Below, in pieces: positions 48,186-60,157 of a DNA stretch of 64,000 nt. Within the stretch, counting starts at the first letter, position 1. Each line of letters starts with the position of its first letter. Source of the stretch: Thalia democratica (Eukaryota); contig OZ241833.1 in NCBI GenBank assembly GCA_965202585.1, positions 28,954,001 through 29,018,000 on the forward strand, in the 5' to 3' direction. Under the pieces are notes generated by a model. That model was not told the DNA's origin and did not search any database. It saw only the letters and a list, made by a program, of their open reading frames with translations. A program made the translations under genes and the position numbers.

Positions 48186-49147
48186 TTGATTGCATAGACT
48201 TGGTAGTTTAAAATAACAAATCTAAAATAAACTTTAGTACAATATTTTTTGTCATAAACAAACTTATTAAACTATAAAAACTTAACAGAAAACTAAATTG
48301 AGTTAGCTTAAACATTAATTTTTTAAAGTTCTTATAAATGCACCAGAGTGTTATAAAAGTAATAATACTGCACACTAAAGTTTAATAAGTAAAATAATAA
48401 TCATATATGCAATTACTACCCACTTTCAAGTTCATTAATCTTTTGTAACTTCTACTTTAATTTATTTTTATACAAAATCTACTTCTGGTTCACCAATTTC
48501 ATAGAGGAACAAGAACTTATATCAAATAAGTCAAAAGTTAAATGAATTTGAATTAACTAATTCTACAATACATTCATCATTAGTTGAATTAATTTCAAAC
48601 ACTAAAAGTTTTCAATAATCTAGAATTAAACTGTATTCAATTTTATAATTAAAAACATTTAGGTTTATAATTTGCAACTTTAGTAAAAAACTTCAATGCG
48701 CAAATAGAAATAAATGTAAATAACAAAAATACTAGCAATGTTAACCATTAAAACTAATTTGTTTTTTTTTCTAAAAACAACACTGTTTTATATATCATAA
48801 AACCTTCACCTTAGTACAACTTTTAATAAAAATAATGATAACCACATATTTTTGTTAAAATATTTTTTAGAAAATTCAAAAAACTAGTTTATACAAATGG
48901 CGCCAGTTATTCCAAATTACTTTTATTTCAAGTTGGTAACAAACATCTTAATTAACTAAAGTAAAATGTATTTTAGAAAAAAACATAAATAATTAACACT
49001 TATATACCTCAGATTTGTTTACATACATAAAAACTTAAATTCTATAATTTTTTTTATTCATTATTTATTTTTTATCAACATAAAACATATTAACTAAAAT
49101 TGTGTATTGCTACTAATTTGTGTTGAAGAAAAAATGTTGTCCATGTT

Positions 49148-50059
49148 CTACAAATATAAGTTCATCAGCTCCTCAGTAACAGTGGATGGAGTCAAAACGC
49201 CCAAGTCGGTTATGAGAACGTCAATCAGATCAGGAGGAGTGTAATCAACGCGGGGATGCTCAAACGAAGTGTCTTTCAGCGAAGGTTTGTACCTGAACAC
49301 TTTCGGTATGTCATCTTGCTTCAAAGGGAAAACTTTGCTGAACTTGATGCTTTCGCTGACAACATAAACAGGCTTCTTCAAATATTTTGCGGCCATACAC
49401 ACTTGGTAGCTGCCTATCTTGTTGATGATTCCACCATTAGCAGTTATGCCCTCTGCTCCTAATAGCACAATGTCTACTTGCTCCATCACGTATGCCACTG
49501 CAGAATCTAAAATCAAGGTTGCGGAAATATTATTCTGCTTGAGTTTCTCCATCATTTTGTTACCACTTTCGTCTGGCATTGATTGGGTGACAAAAACTTT
49601 AAAGTTTTTATTCAAACTTTTAGCATAACTCAAAACTTGTTCAACGTTTGTGGACATTGAATGGGTTAAAATAGTGACACCTTCATTGACAAACGGAGAA
49701 CTGTAATGCAGTATTTTTTTGCTAGAAGCTAACACGTTTTCAAGAAACTTTTCTCCTTTTGCAACTAAAGCACTCCTCACATTTTCAAAGTTTGACACCT
49801 CTAGAACTTTCAAGCTCTCAAGAGTAATGTGTCTTTGAAACAGCTCACTGCTTGAAGAAATACATGTAGTTGCTAGAACATCGTCACTTTGTAAAATAGT
49901 CCTGCTAGTCTTTTTTAAATTTTGACTCAGGTCAGCCATTGTACTCGCTTTGTAGGTTTTCAGTTGATTGAGTAAGGTGCATATGGTTGCTAAACCAGGG
50001 CTCATATCATGTTTAAAGAGAAACTCTTTGAAAACTGTGGCTATTTCGTTCTCAGACAT
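49148..50059 (-). CDS. EIF2B1: Translation initiation factor eIF2B alpha subunit, single coding exon
   Basis: 303-aa ORF with IF-2B family motifs TILTHSMS, VFVTQSMPDESG, LILDSAVAYVMEQVDIVLLGAEG, GGIINKIGSYQV, KPVYVVSES.KF, HPRVDYTPP.LI..LITDLGVLTPS. Length is typical of the alpha subunit. Confidence 0.93.
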   Translation of the reverse strand: MSENEIATVFKEFLFKHDMSPGLATICTLLNQLKTYKASTMADLSQNLKKTSRTILQSDDVLATTCISSSSELFQRHITLESLKVLEVSNFENVRSALVAKGEKFLENVLASSKKILHYSSPFVNEGVTILTHSMSTNVEQVLSYAKSLNKNFKVFVTQSMPDESGNKMMEKLKQNNISATLILDSAVAYVMEQVDIVLLGAEGITANGGIINKIGSYQVCMAAKYLKKPVYVVSESIKFSKVFPLKQDDIPKVFRYKPSLKDTSFEHPRVDYTPPDLIDVLITDLGVLTPSTVTEELMNLYL

Positions 50060-51285
50060 TATCAGTTTATTATGTATTCTGTAAAAAAAAGGTTAACTAT
50101 TTAAACAACATTAATACAAAATATTAAATTTTAGTAGTACAAAAATTATATACTATATTTTAAAAAACTTTTATTTTAATTATTAAGTTTCTACCCAAAC
50201 TTGTAATTTCTTCCAGGTATTTTAAAAACAATTTTTTAGGACAATTTTAGTACAAAATTAAACTAAAGTTAACAAACAGTCTTCAATAGTATAACAAATT
50301 GAAAGATCCTGTAAACCTACTTCAAATGTGTTTTATAATGGAAAAAAATCAAATGATACAATTTTTTTAATAGATTTTTTGTATCTTATTGAAATTTTGT
50401 TACTTTACATGTAAATAGTTAAAAGTTCAAGGTTTTTCGTGACTTTTCTTCAAAATTTCAGGTTTTTTCTAAATTTCTCAAATTTAAAAACTGTATTCTT
50501 TAACTAAAGTTGTCGAATTTCTGGATTTTCCAGGATTCCAGATTTTTGGTAACCCTTATAGATGTACTTAATACATTGATAAACTTATTACTTGGATATG
50601 TATATTTAATTTTAATTTTATAGTTTTTATTTTTAAAGTAATTATTCAAACTTACTTAGAAATTAATGATACGGTTTATTTTTTTAAATACTATTTATTA
50701 ACTCATAACTATTATGTTATCACCATGGTTTGTACAAAACTTTTGCAATTTAAACCTGACGTATTTCCTAATCATTGTTAGTTAGCATCAAGTTTGGCTT
50801 GTAACTAAATAATGGGTTCCAACTACAAGTTCAAAAAATCAATGTTGAAAGACAAACCTGCAGAGATTTTGAATTTTTTAAACAATTGAAATAATTTTGT
50901 CTGCTAGAAGGTCTGGATTTGTTTTTGAAAAATATCAATATCCGAACTTTTTTCACTTTTTATTGTTTACAGATTTTAAAAAAATTAAACTTTATATATT
51001 CAACATTCTAAAAATATATATTTAACGCATTTGCTTATAATATTGAAACTATCAGAGGCAAAAATACTAGCCTGAATTACCAAAGCTAACATGGGTGAAT
51101 TTAAATTAGCTTGAGTTAGCCTGAATTTATATGAACAACTTTGTCAATTTTTCATGATAAGAACATCTTAATTCATAATTCATTTTTAGTAAGTGCTAAA
51201 ATAAACACAATACTGTCTATCAAGCTTGAATACTTGAAAAATAAAATATAAAACAATTTTTTTTGTATTTATAACGAATATATGT

Positions 51286-51460
51286 ATGAATTTATTCTTT
51301 CAAGATTTTATCTTACAAAATAAGTTTTGGAAAAATCTTGTCAGTACTTAAATAAATCTTATTCAAGTAGAATTCTATTTGAATAAGATTTATTTTAGCA
51401 TTGACAAGGTCTTTAACCAAAACTTAATTTGTAAGATAAGTATTAAAAGAATAAATTCAT
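51286..51460. repeat. Short foldback / palindromic MITE
   Basis: Centre aaataaatcttattcaagtagaa|ttctatttgaataagatttattt; outer ends atgaatttattcttt / aaaagaataaattcat. Confidence 0.8.
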
Positions 51461-51961
51461 TATTTCTCCTCTAGTAGTTAAGATCTCTTTGTTTTCTAAA
51501 AATCAAAACATATAAAAAGTATATGTATAATAAAGCAATAAAATTTTAAAACTAAGATGAGATTTATAAATTACCTAATATAACCTGAATTTTGCACAAA
51601 TTATTCAAACAAACTTTAAATTGGCATGAAAAATATTTTAACATGCACTGCACAAGTTGACTTGTAATCTCATCAAAACAATAGTTCCTGTGAGTTCTTT
51701 TTTGACAGACCTTTTTTCAGAGTTTTACAGTTCAGTAAGAACCAACCACAATGATTAATTTTTAATGAAGGAATTTCAATATTTTTCTAACAGAAAAACA
51801 ATAAAGTAATGATGTTTTTTATTTAAGTATCTAAACGCCACCAAACTATCAAAAAATCTTACAACTTTAAATTTTAAAACTACATTTGATCAACAAGTTT
51901 ACAAAGGTATATCAAGTATTTCCAAATAAAAGTTTTTTTTTACTTAATAATTTCATATAGA

Positions 51962-52496
51962 CAGGCTTCCGACTAAAATTTCAAAAAGTTTTTAGGGAAA
52001 TCCATAAAATATAGCTAATTCTAGAAAAATTATCAAAAAAAAACAATGAGTTTTAAACGTTACATACATATTTTTAAGATACAAAATTAAAATATGTCTT
52101 TACCGTTTATAAGCACAGTCTTGATAAATAATTTCTGAAAGTTAGAGCGTTTTTGAGCTCTAATTTTTGTTAAACTAGAAAACTTTAGATAAAATGTATG
52201 TATTATAAATAAGGGGGAATTATCCGCTAGGTGGTGCCAAGGAGTCTAAGTTTAGTGTTGAGATTGCAAATATTTAGATTCAAAAAAATAATTAAAATTT
52301 TTTGATGTGTTATTCACCAATTGGTGTCACTGTTTTAGCTTTCAAACTTCAATTACCAACCATAAAAAAAAATAATCTATAGGATTTTCTAGAGATTTTC
52401 ACATACTTTTCAATCTTTTTAAGGATTTAAAGGAATTTTTCAGAATATTGAAATTTCTAGACATTTATAGGGATTTGTAGGGAAGTGGGAACCCTG
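51962..52496. mobile_element. Non-autonomous DNA transposon, CAGG(G/C)TT termini, 6-bp TSD
   Basis: CAGGCTTCCGAC..GTGGGAACCCTG; flanks tataga/tacaga. Confidence 0.65.
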
Positions 52497-52660
52497 TACA
52501 GAGTTTACATATAATAATAGTAATGAGAAGTGAATAACTAGACTTCTAGTGCTTAAGCTTAAATGAATAAAACATACCAAAGATTTTAATTAAATTAAGT
52601 AAAAAAATGCAATACAATATCAATTAAATTAAAACTTATGTTTTTTTTGTCATACTCTTA

Positions 52661-55233
52661 CAGGCTTGCCACTCTTGAGGAAAAAAGCCTGAGCAACCAA
52701 AAATTAGTCTGATTGAATATAAATTAATTTAAAATACAACCCTCTATTTAGCTCAACTTTAAAAACTAAAGTAGGAAAAGAATTTCTAAAGTTAGTCGAC
52801 AAACACTTCCCTAAAAACGGACCCCTCAATGAAATTCTGAACAGAAATACGATCAAAATTAGCTACTCATGTTTGCACAACATAAAATCCAAAATTAGCA
52901 AATCAAATCTTAATATCATAAAGGAAAGCAAAAACCAGGAGAAAAAAGAAACAACTTGCAATTGCAGAGTTAAAACATCATGCCCAGTGGAAGGCAAATG
53001 CCTTTCCAGAAGTGTTATATACAAAGCCACGGTAACACACAATAACAAAGAACACCATTATATTGTATCTACCGCATGAAACTTTAAAATAAGATACAAC
53101 AAGCATATATGCATAGGTTTAGAAACAAAAATCTGAGAGAATTGACAAAACTGAGCTCTTTCATTCAGGCTGCCAAATTCAACAAAGAAATGACCAAGAA
53201 AAACGTCAAGTGGAAGATAATGCATAAAATTAATCAACGCAAACCGAGCAAAATTTGCTCCCTGTGCAATGTAGAAAGCCTAGAAATAGCATTTGCCGAC
53301 AAAAAATCATCCCTCAATTCCAAAACTGAATTAATTGGCAAATGCAGACACTTCGCTAAATTTTATTTAAAATCATAACATTGCCATGTCTGTATTTACA
53401 AATTTTATAAGTATATTACATTTTTGCTAGCATTTTATTTTACTTCATTTTTATATTTATTGTATTATTGTTGTATTTGTTTTAGTTATTTGTTTATCTA
53501 TTTTGTACTTATCCAATAGGTTTTTTACTTAATTGGCCATTAAGCATTTTGGAATCTTTTTGTCAATTTAGCAAGCTCATTTAATTTAATCAGTTGTAAT
53601 AGGAATATAATTAGTGTTGATTAGTAGAATCTAATAATAGTTTATATGGCTTTATACTTTATAGAGTTGTTTAATTTTGATCATTGTGTTTGCATAAAAC
53701 ACTATGTTGAATAAAACTCTCAATCTGAAATTGTCTAATTAATGAATATAAATTAGCCATTTTGCATTAGAGTGCTTAGAAAAAATGAAACCTTTGAGTT
53801 TTCAGCTGAAAATTGTTCTATATGTGGCAATTATCTAAGAAATATACTGTGCAAAATTTTAGCTGAGATATGAAACACGTTCATAGAGGGTATTTTTGAT
53901 TTTCCAAAAACGATCCCAGTATAAAATGTATGGGATCAAAAAATGCAACCTTGAGAATTTTAACTGAATATTGTTTTACATTTTGCAATTATCACAAAAA
54001 CACATTGTGCTATTTGAAGAAAGGTGCATGTAGGCATTTCTTTATTTTTTTCAAAAATACTTAATATTAATGGAAACTATAAAACGTTACAGAAAAACAA
54101 AAAAAAAAGCCTCAATAAAGCTTTCATAATTTTTTATATAACTCTATCAATTTTGTTTTATTCTTCATAAATAGTAAGAGTTTTAATATGTCATGTAACT
54201 ATTAAGACAACTGAAACCAAAAAATAACTATTTTTCATATTAAAATGTTTAAATTAAAATATGCAATGTGCACAAAAACTCAAGATGTTGAGAACCACTG
54301 CTTTTGCCTTATATTTCAAGGTGACCACTCTTTTAGATAAAAAAAAAGGTCGAGTGACTAAAAACTAGACTTAATTTCATCAAGCAAAGCTGAGTTAGTC
54401 TTAGTTAATGACAAAATTTTTAAAAATATTGATAAAACTTAAATATCTAAAAATATCAAATTAATAACAAAAGGACTTTGGGCCATAGGAAAGGTGAAGC
54501 ACTTTTTTAGATATTGATTTTATTTTAAAGATCTTTAATTTAGCTAACAATTTTAAAAATAAAAGAAAGGAAAGTTTTTTTTTCAGAATTTAAAGAAAAT
54601 CTGCAAGAAATAATTTATTCACCATACGTTTGTATAAGAAATTTTTTTAAATAATTGGTATTTTAAAACATATAATTTTAGCTTTAATATTTAATGTAAA
54701 TTTTAGGAAAAATAACATCAGACTTCTCCTTTTGGCTTAAGTAAAAACTCAATCTATAAGAAAATAAAGATTTCAAGCCAAAAAACTAGCATGAAATTTT
54801 GAAAAATATCTAACGTGTTTGAATTTTGCAAAAAAAATAAAACTAGCCTTAAATGACTGTCCACCTATGAGTTATCCTGAGTGCCTGAAAGTGTGGAAAC
54901 TTTGATATATACTTGTCCTTAGTTTTTAAATAACCAAGAACAGAACTGTAAATAGATTATTTCCTAATTTTTTGTTACCAAAAGATTATAAAAAATACCT
55001 TAGTTATATTTGAATATAACAAGCCCCAAGTTAAACATTTTAACCTAAAAATTACAAAAATTTTGTATTATAAATCTTTCAACCATAAAATATCACAATA
55101 TTCAAAACTCAATTATCACAATACCATTTAAAACATAAAAAACTAGACTGAGTTTTTTAAAAAACCCAAGCTAGCCTAAAACGGCCTGGAATTATCAAAA
55201 AGTTCAAACTAGCCTGAGTGTGTGGCAACCCTG
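52661..55233. mobile_element. Non-autonomous DNA transposon, CAGG(G/C)TTGCCAC termini, 6-bp TSD; contains a nested PLE and other debris
   Basis: CAGGCTTGCCAC..GTGGCAACCCTG; flanks ctctta/ctcata; subterminal (t)agcctga repeats at both ends. Confidence 0.55.
52723..53740 (+). mobile_element. 5'-truncated Penelope-like retroelement (RT thumb/linker plus Cys-rich GIY-YIG), disrupted
   Basis: YNPLFS..KTKVGKEFLKLVDKHFP..ILNRNTIKISYSC..CNCR..CPVEGKC..VIYKATV..HYIVSTA*NFKIRY(frameshift)..TKLSSFI..KWKI..CSLC..LNSKTELIGKCRH. Confidence 0.85.
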
Positions 55234-57502
55234 CTCATACCAACTCAACACTACATACAATACAGACTCCTCTTTACATGATTTACTTTACACACTATTG
55301 TCTGAATGTTTTTTAAAAAAAAAAATTTTAATTAATTCAGATGAAATATAGAAATAAAGTAATACTTTAATTAAAACATCTTTTATAATTAGTTCTATAT
55401 TATTTGAATACTTTATTTTTATATGCAAGTAATGAAGGCAAAATTTAAACTTGACATGTTGGTATAAATCATGGTTTTATAATGAGGGCAATATTGCCTT
55501 TTTTTGGGCAACTTAATTAAATTAGGGGCAATTTTGAAAGTTTTTGCAGCCATTGAACTTTTATATTGTAGCTTACTATTCAACTAATATTAGCTTTCTA
55601 TTTAATACTTTACCTTGAGGTAATATTAAAACCAGGTATTACTAAAATGGGCAATATAAAGGGGCAATTACCCTTATCTCAAACACTTTACTCAACCATA
55701 AAAAATTGTTCAAAAATTAATTTTTAATAACTAAAATAAAATAAAGTATGAATTTAGTTTTGTTGAGTCCCAAATATAAAAGCGACTGGCCTTTAAGTAT
55801 ATTAGCCCTAAAGTTAGACTGATTGTTTTCTAATTGAAATAGACCAGGAATTTTCAAATATATTTTCGTTTTGTTAACACTTAAAAAATATATAACAACT
55901 TTTATTTGATATCTCCCCTTAGTAGTATGTTACTCATTTACTTTTTATTCTTCAAAGTTTCCTAATTTCAGAGTTGCCACTGGCCTTGGAGAAATTTCTT
56001 CCATATTTTTGTTTTTTTTCTAATTTAAAGTTAAACAATTAAGTGACTCCAAGTTTATTTCAAAACTAGAGTTATGCACAAGTATTACTACCAGTGCTCT
56101 TCAGTCAAAATAAACTTGCAAAATCAATACATATAGCTATATTTATATTTAAAAAACCTAATTGGGCTGTTATTTGTTTCTAAGTAAAGTTAATTATTTT
56201 GCTTTTGCTTAACTAGGTATAAGTTAAATAAATTAGTAGATTACGTAAACAAAATTTCATGGTAAAAACTTAATGAAAAAAAATTTAACAAAAAAGACAT
56301 TATAAAATAAAAAAAAGTAACGTTTGTTACAAAAACATACAAAACAACATACTTTACAAATCATATGGAGAACTTTGTTTATGATTTTTCCAGCTTTTAA
56401 GTATGTATTTTACTTGATGTCTACAGGAGTTCAAAAGTTTGTATTTTCTGTAGATTCCGTTTCTTCTTTAAAATTGTTTGGGCCTTTTTTATACAAAGTT
56501 TGCAGGTTTCTTTTCCTTGTCTCTTTTTTTGGATTTGTTTGATTTTTTCAGAGAGTCCCATACTCTTGGTTTTTTATTTATTTATAGATTTCTTTAGATA
56601 GGTCAGTTGAGTTCTTATATTTTAGATGGTTCTTGCGATCTGGGTTAATCTTAGATGTTGTTTTATGCAGTGCAATTATTTTTCAGATTTTGTTTTCTGT
56701 TAGACCTATATATACTTTGTTGTTGTTTTTAGACTTTATTTTGGCTTCATATATGACATTTTCTTCTCTACAGTCATTATTTTTCAATAGAAAATTGTGT
56801 ATTTTTTTGCAGTTGCACTTTTTTGAACTATTTTAATTGGCTAGGAGGATCTTGGAGTTGTGACATTTTATAATTTTGTAATCAATGGCAATCATGCAGG
56901 AGTAGCTGACTTTTACATTATTTTTGTTGATAAAATACTTAATTTTACTCTTTTCACCAAAATGTTTGTTGATTATGTTGATGAAATTTCTTCCAATGTT
57001 TGTTTTCATTGCCTTGTTATATGGTGAATTGAACCACAATACTTTTTGTTTTCTATTTTTGTATTTTTTGGTTGTGGTATTATTCTTATCCATGTATTTA
57101 ATCTCTTTGTTGTATCCACTTCTTTTTAGTGCTTCATTGTGTACGTGCTTTGAAGAGTCAAATAGTTCATTATTGCTCAAATTTGAGTTTGTTACTTTTT
57201 GATCATACTTGGTTTTTGCCTGATTCTAAGGTTTGAGTTAACATCTATATATTAGATTTTGTTGTTTGGCTTTCTATATGAATGCAATGTTTAATTTCTT
57301 GAATTTAGGTTTAGATCTAAGTAATTTATTTCATGCTGGGTTTTCCAATTCAATTTTGATCCCTATTTTGTTTGCATATTTGGGCATTTTCTTCTTAATT
57401 TTTGTGATATCTGATCCACTTGTGTTTTTTTCAAGCACCTAAAACCCATCATCTCTATAAATACCGACTTTTATTCTATTTAATTTATTTTTAAGCCATT
57501 TA

Positions 57503-58772
57503 CAGGGTTCGTGCGCGAAATTCCTTTTCATTTAGCCTGACAGAGACCTATTTAGCCTGACATTTTTTCAAAGTAGAAAAAATCACCTTCAGAAGGCATT
57601 TTGGGTATCGGGGGGTCTTAATTAGCAAATTAACGCAATAAAAGTATTCACAAAACTACTTTTAAAGAAAATAAAAATTTAAATGAATTATTTTTCAACA
57701 TCTATCAATCGCTTACCAAGCAACTTGAATATTTTTAACTGGTCATTATAATTTCTGCTTCAATGAATTCATACCTTTATTAAATTTTGGGGCTTAGTTA
57801 CATCCACCACTTATCACTTATATACAGGGTTCGTGTCAATTAGTACTTGAATTCGTCAATTATAAGTTACATGACTTGACCAGAAGCTTTTATTAAAACA
57901 GAAATGTGAATAAGTCTGTAAAAGAAAAACAAAATGTAATTAAACACATCTCTCAAAAACTTTATGTTATCATTAAAGCATCTTAATTTTTTAAATAACT
58001 AATTAAACTAATCATGATATAACATAAGTTATTTCAAAGAATCCTATTAAACGAATACATAAAGATAAGTATTAAACACATGATCTGGACTCTAAAACTT
58101 ATCTTTTCATTAACAACAAAATTTTTAAAATAACTACTCAAACTAAAAAAACAGTTTAAGCTCTTTATGTTATAAACTTGCAAAATATGATTCTACTAAT
58201 TATGAAACTTATATTTTTAAGCTATGTTTTAGTCTTGTGCTAATAACTTTGAATAAACAGAAAATAAAATATATGAACAAACTGCTAAGAGTATTAATCT
58301 AAAAAGTATTTGGTATAAAGTCTTTATATTAGAAAACAGTTTAACCAACTAAGCTCTGAAAAACAAAGCTGATGTAAACAAATTCAAACAAACAGCTAAG
58401 TAGTTCAACTAAACTGTAATGTTTAAACTGTACTTTTTTATGAACTTTTATAATTATGACGTATATAACCTACTAAAAACAAAATAATGAAGATTCTTAA
58501 AATTATTTTAGAGATTCAACAAAAGGTTTTAAGCACTTATTTTTACAAATACTGACTGATTTTGTCTTTAATAACTAAATGTTTATTTAGAAATAAATTC
58601 ACATCTCAATTTGATCTTAATTAAAAAAAATTCATGCATTTGAACTGACAAAAACTGAGATTCTCAAATTTTTAAACATAAAAACTGATTTAGCCTGACG
58701 TTTTTCAACTTTTTTCAAAAAAACTGATTTAGCCTGATTTAGCCTGACTTAGCCTGACGCGCACGAACCCTG
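57503..58772. mobile_element. Non-autonomous DNA transposon, CAGGGTTCGTGCG termini, exact 6-bp TSD, inserted in the PLE
   Basis: CAGGGTTCGTGCGCG..CGCGCACGAACCCTG; TSD cattta/cattta; subterminal ttagcctga repeats. Confidence 0.85.
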
Positions 58773-59038
58773 CATTTAGTATGTATAAGCCTACTATTTT
58801 ACAAATTTTTGCACCATGCTTTCCTTCCATGGTTACTACAAATAGTTTATTGTTGTTGTTTGTTTTGATCCAAATCTGCTGTTGATGATTAAGTACGGGT
58901 TTGTTGCATTGATTAGTATTTTGATTTCATGATCTTCTATTTTTCATATAATTGTCCAAAGGTTAAAGTTTTTCTTAGTAGGCCACTGATGCTAAGATAA
59001 AAATAGATGATGTCGAATTTAAGCAATAAATAAATTAA

Positions 59039-60157
59039 GGGCATGGGGAGGGGGGGTAAACACCCTTTTTTGGTTTTTGATTCTATTTTATATAGTTTTT
59101 ACTAAGCTAAAAAATGCTTTTTACAGATTTAAAAACTTCAAAATAGTTTTTAAGATATAGCCGGTCAAACTCGGAGCCAACAACAGGTTCCTTATAAGAG
59201 GCGCAAACTAAAACGGCAAAAATAGACTATTTCACTAAAAATCTATCTTCTACATTTTTTGAGATAACTACCTCAAACTTTCAGGAAATGTTCCTTGATA
59301 TATTTAGAAAATTCTGTCAGAAGGAATTTTGAAAAAAATTAAAAATAAAAATTTTATATAAAAAATAAACAAAAAAAACAGTTTTTTTTTGTTTTTTTCT
59401 TGTAAAATTTTTATTTTTTAATTTTTTTTAATTCTGTTCTAAAGACATTTTTATTTACCTTTATCACTTTGAAATAATATTGTAGAGCAGTATATTGAAA
59501 ATTGCTTGATAGCTACTTAAAGTTATTTTTTTAGAAAAAAAGAGTGAGCAGTTAAGTTGACCACCTTCCAGCACACTTGTCATTGTGTCATTTAAGTTTT
59601 GATGAACAATTCTTTGTAGCTAAAACGTTATGAAGATCTTAGAATTAAGGGCATAGGGGAGTTAAACATTTTTTACAATTTGATCTTACTTTATATAGTT
59701 TTTACTAAGCTACAAGATGCATTTTATAGATTTAAAAAATTCAAAACAGTTTTTGAGATATAGCTGGTCAAAGTCCGAGTCAACAATAGATTCCTTATGG
59801 GAGGTGCAAAATAAAACTGCAATCAACTAGAAATCACTAAAAATATATCTCCTCCTATGTTTTTTGAGATAACTACCTGAAATTTTGAGGAAATGTTCCT
59901 TGCAATATTAAGAAATTCTGTCATAAGAAAATTTTAAAAAATAAAAATTTTATAAAAAAAAAAAACAGTTTTTTTTTTTTTGTTATAAAATTTTTATTTT
60001 TTAAAATTTAAAAAAAAAAAACAGTTTTTTTTTTGTTTTTTTTTTTATAAATTTTTTATTTTTAATTAAAAAAAACTTTCAACAGAATTTTATAAATCTA
60101 TCAAGGAACACTTCCTTAAATTTTGAGGTATCTATCTACCCCCTCCCCCCTATGTTC
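59039..60157. mobile_element. TTAA-flanked element (Kolobok-like); dimer or nested copy with a second left end at 59649
   Basis: TTAA|GGGCATGGGGAGGGG .. CCCCTCCCCCCTATGTTC|TTAA; 59039-59400 and 59649-60000 are similar to each other. Confidence 0.7.

Noticed and set aside
46074-48189. Plus-strand ORFs over TDRD3 (e.g. 47448-47984, 47150-47407) and over EIF2B1
   Set aside because: They are antisense shadows; the C/Y/F-rich one merely reflects the 42-bp repeat.
53077-53079. In-frame TGA in the PLE GIY-YIG region as possible selenocysteine (known in Naiad PLEs)
   Set aside because: The same copy has YIV in place of YIG and a 2-nt frameshift ~30 nt later, so ordinary decay is the simpler explanation. 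No SECIS was recognised.
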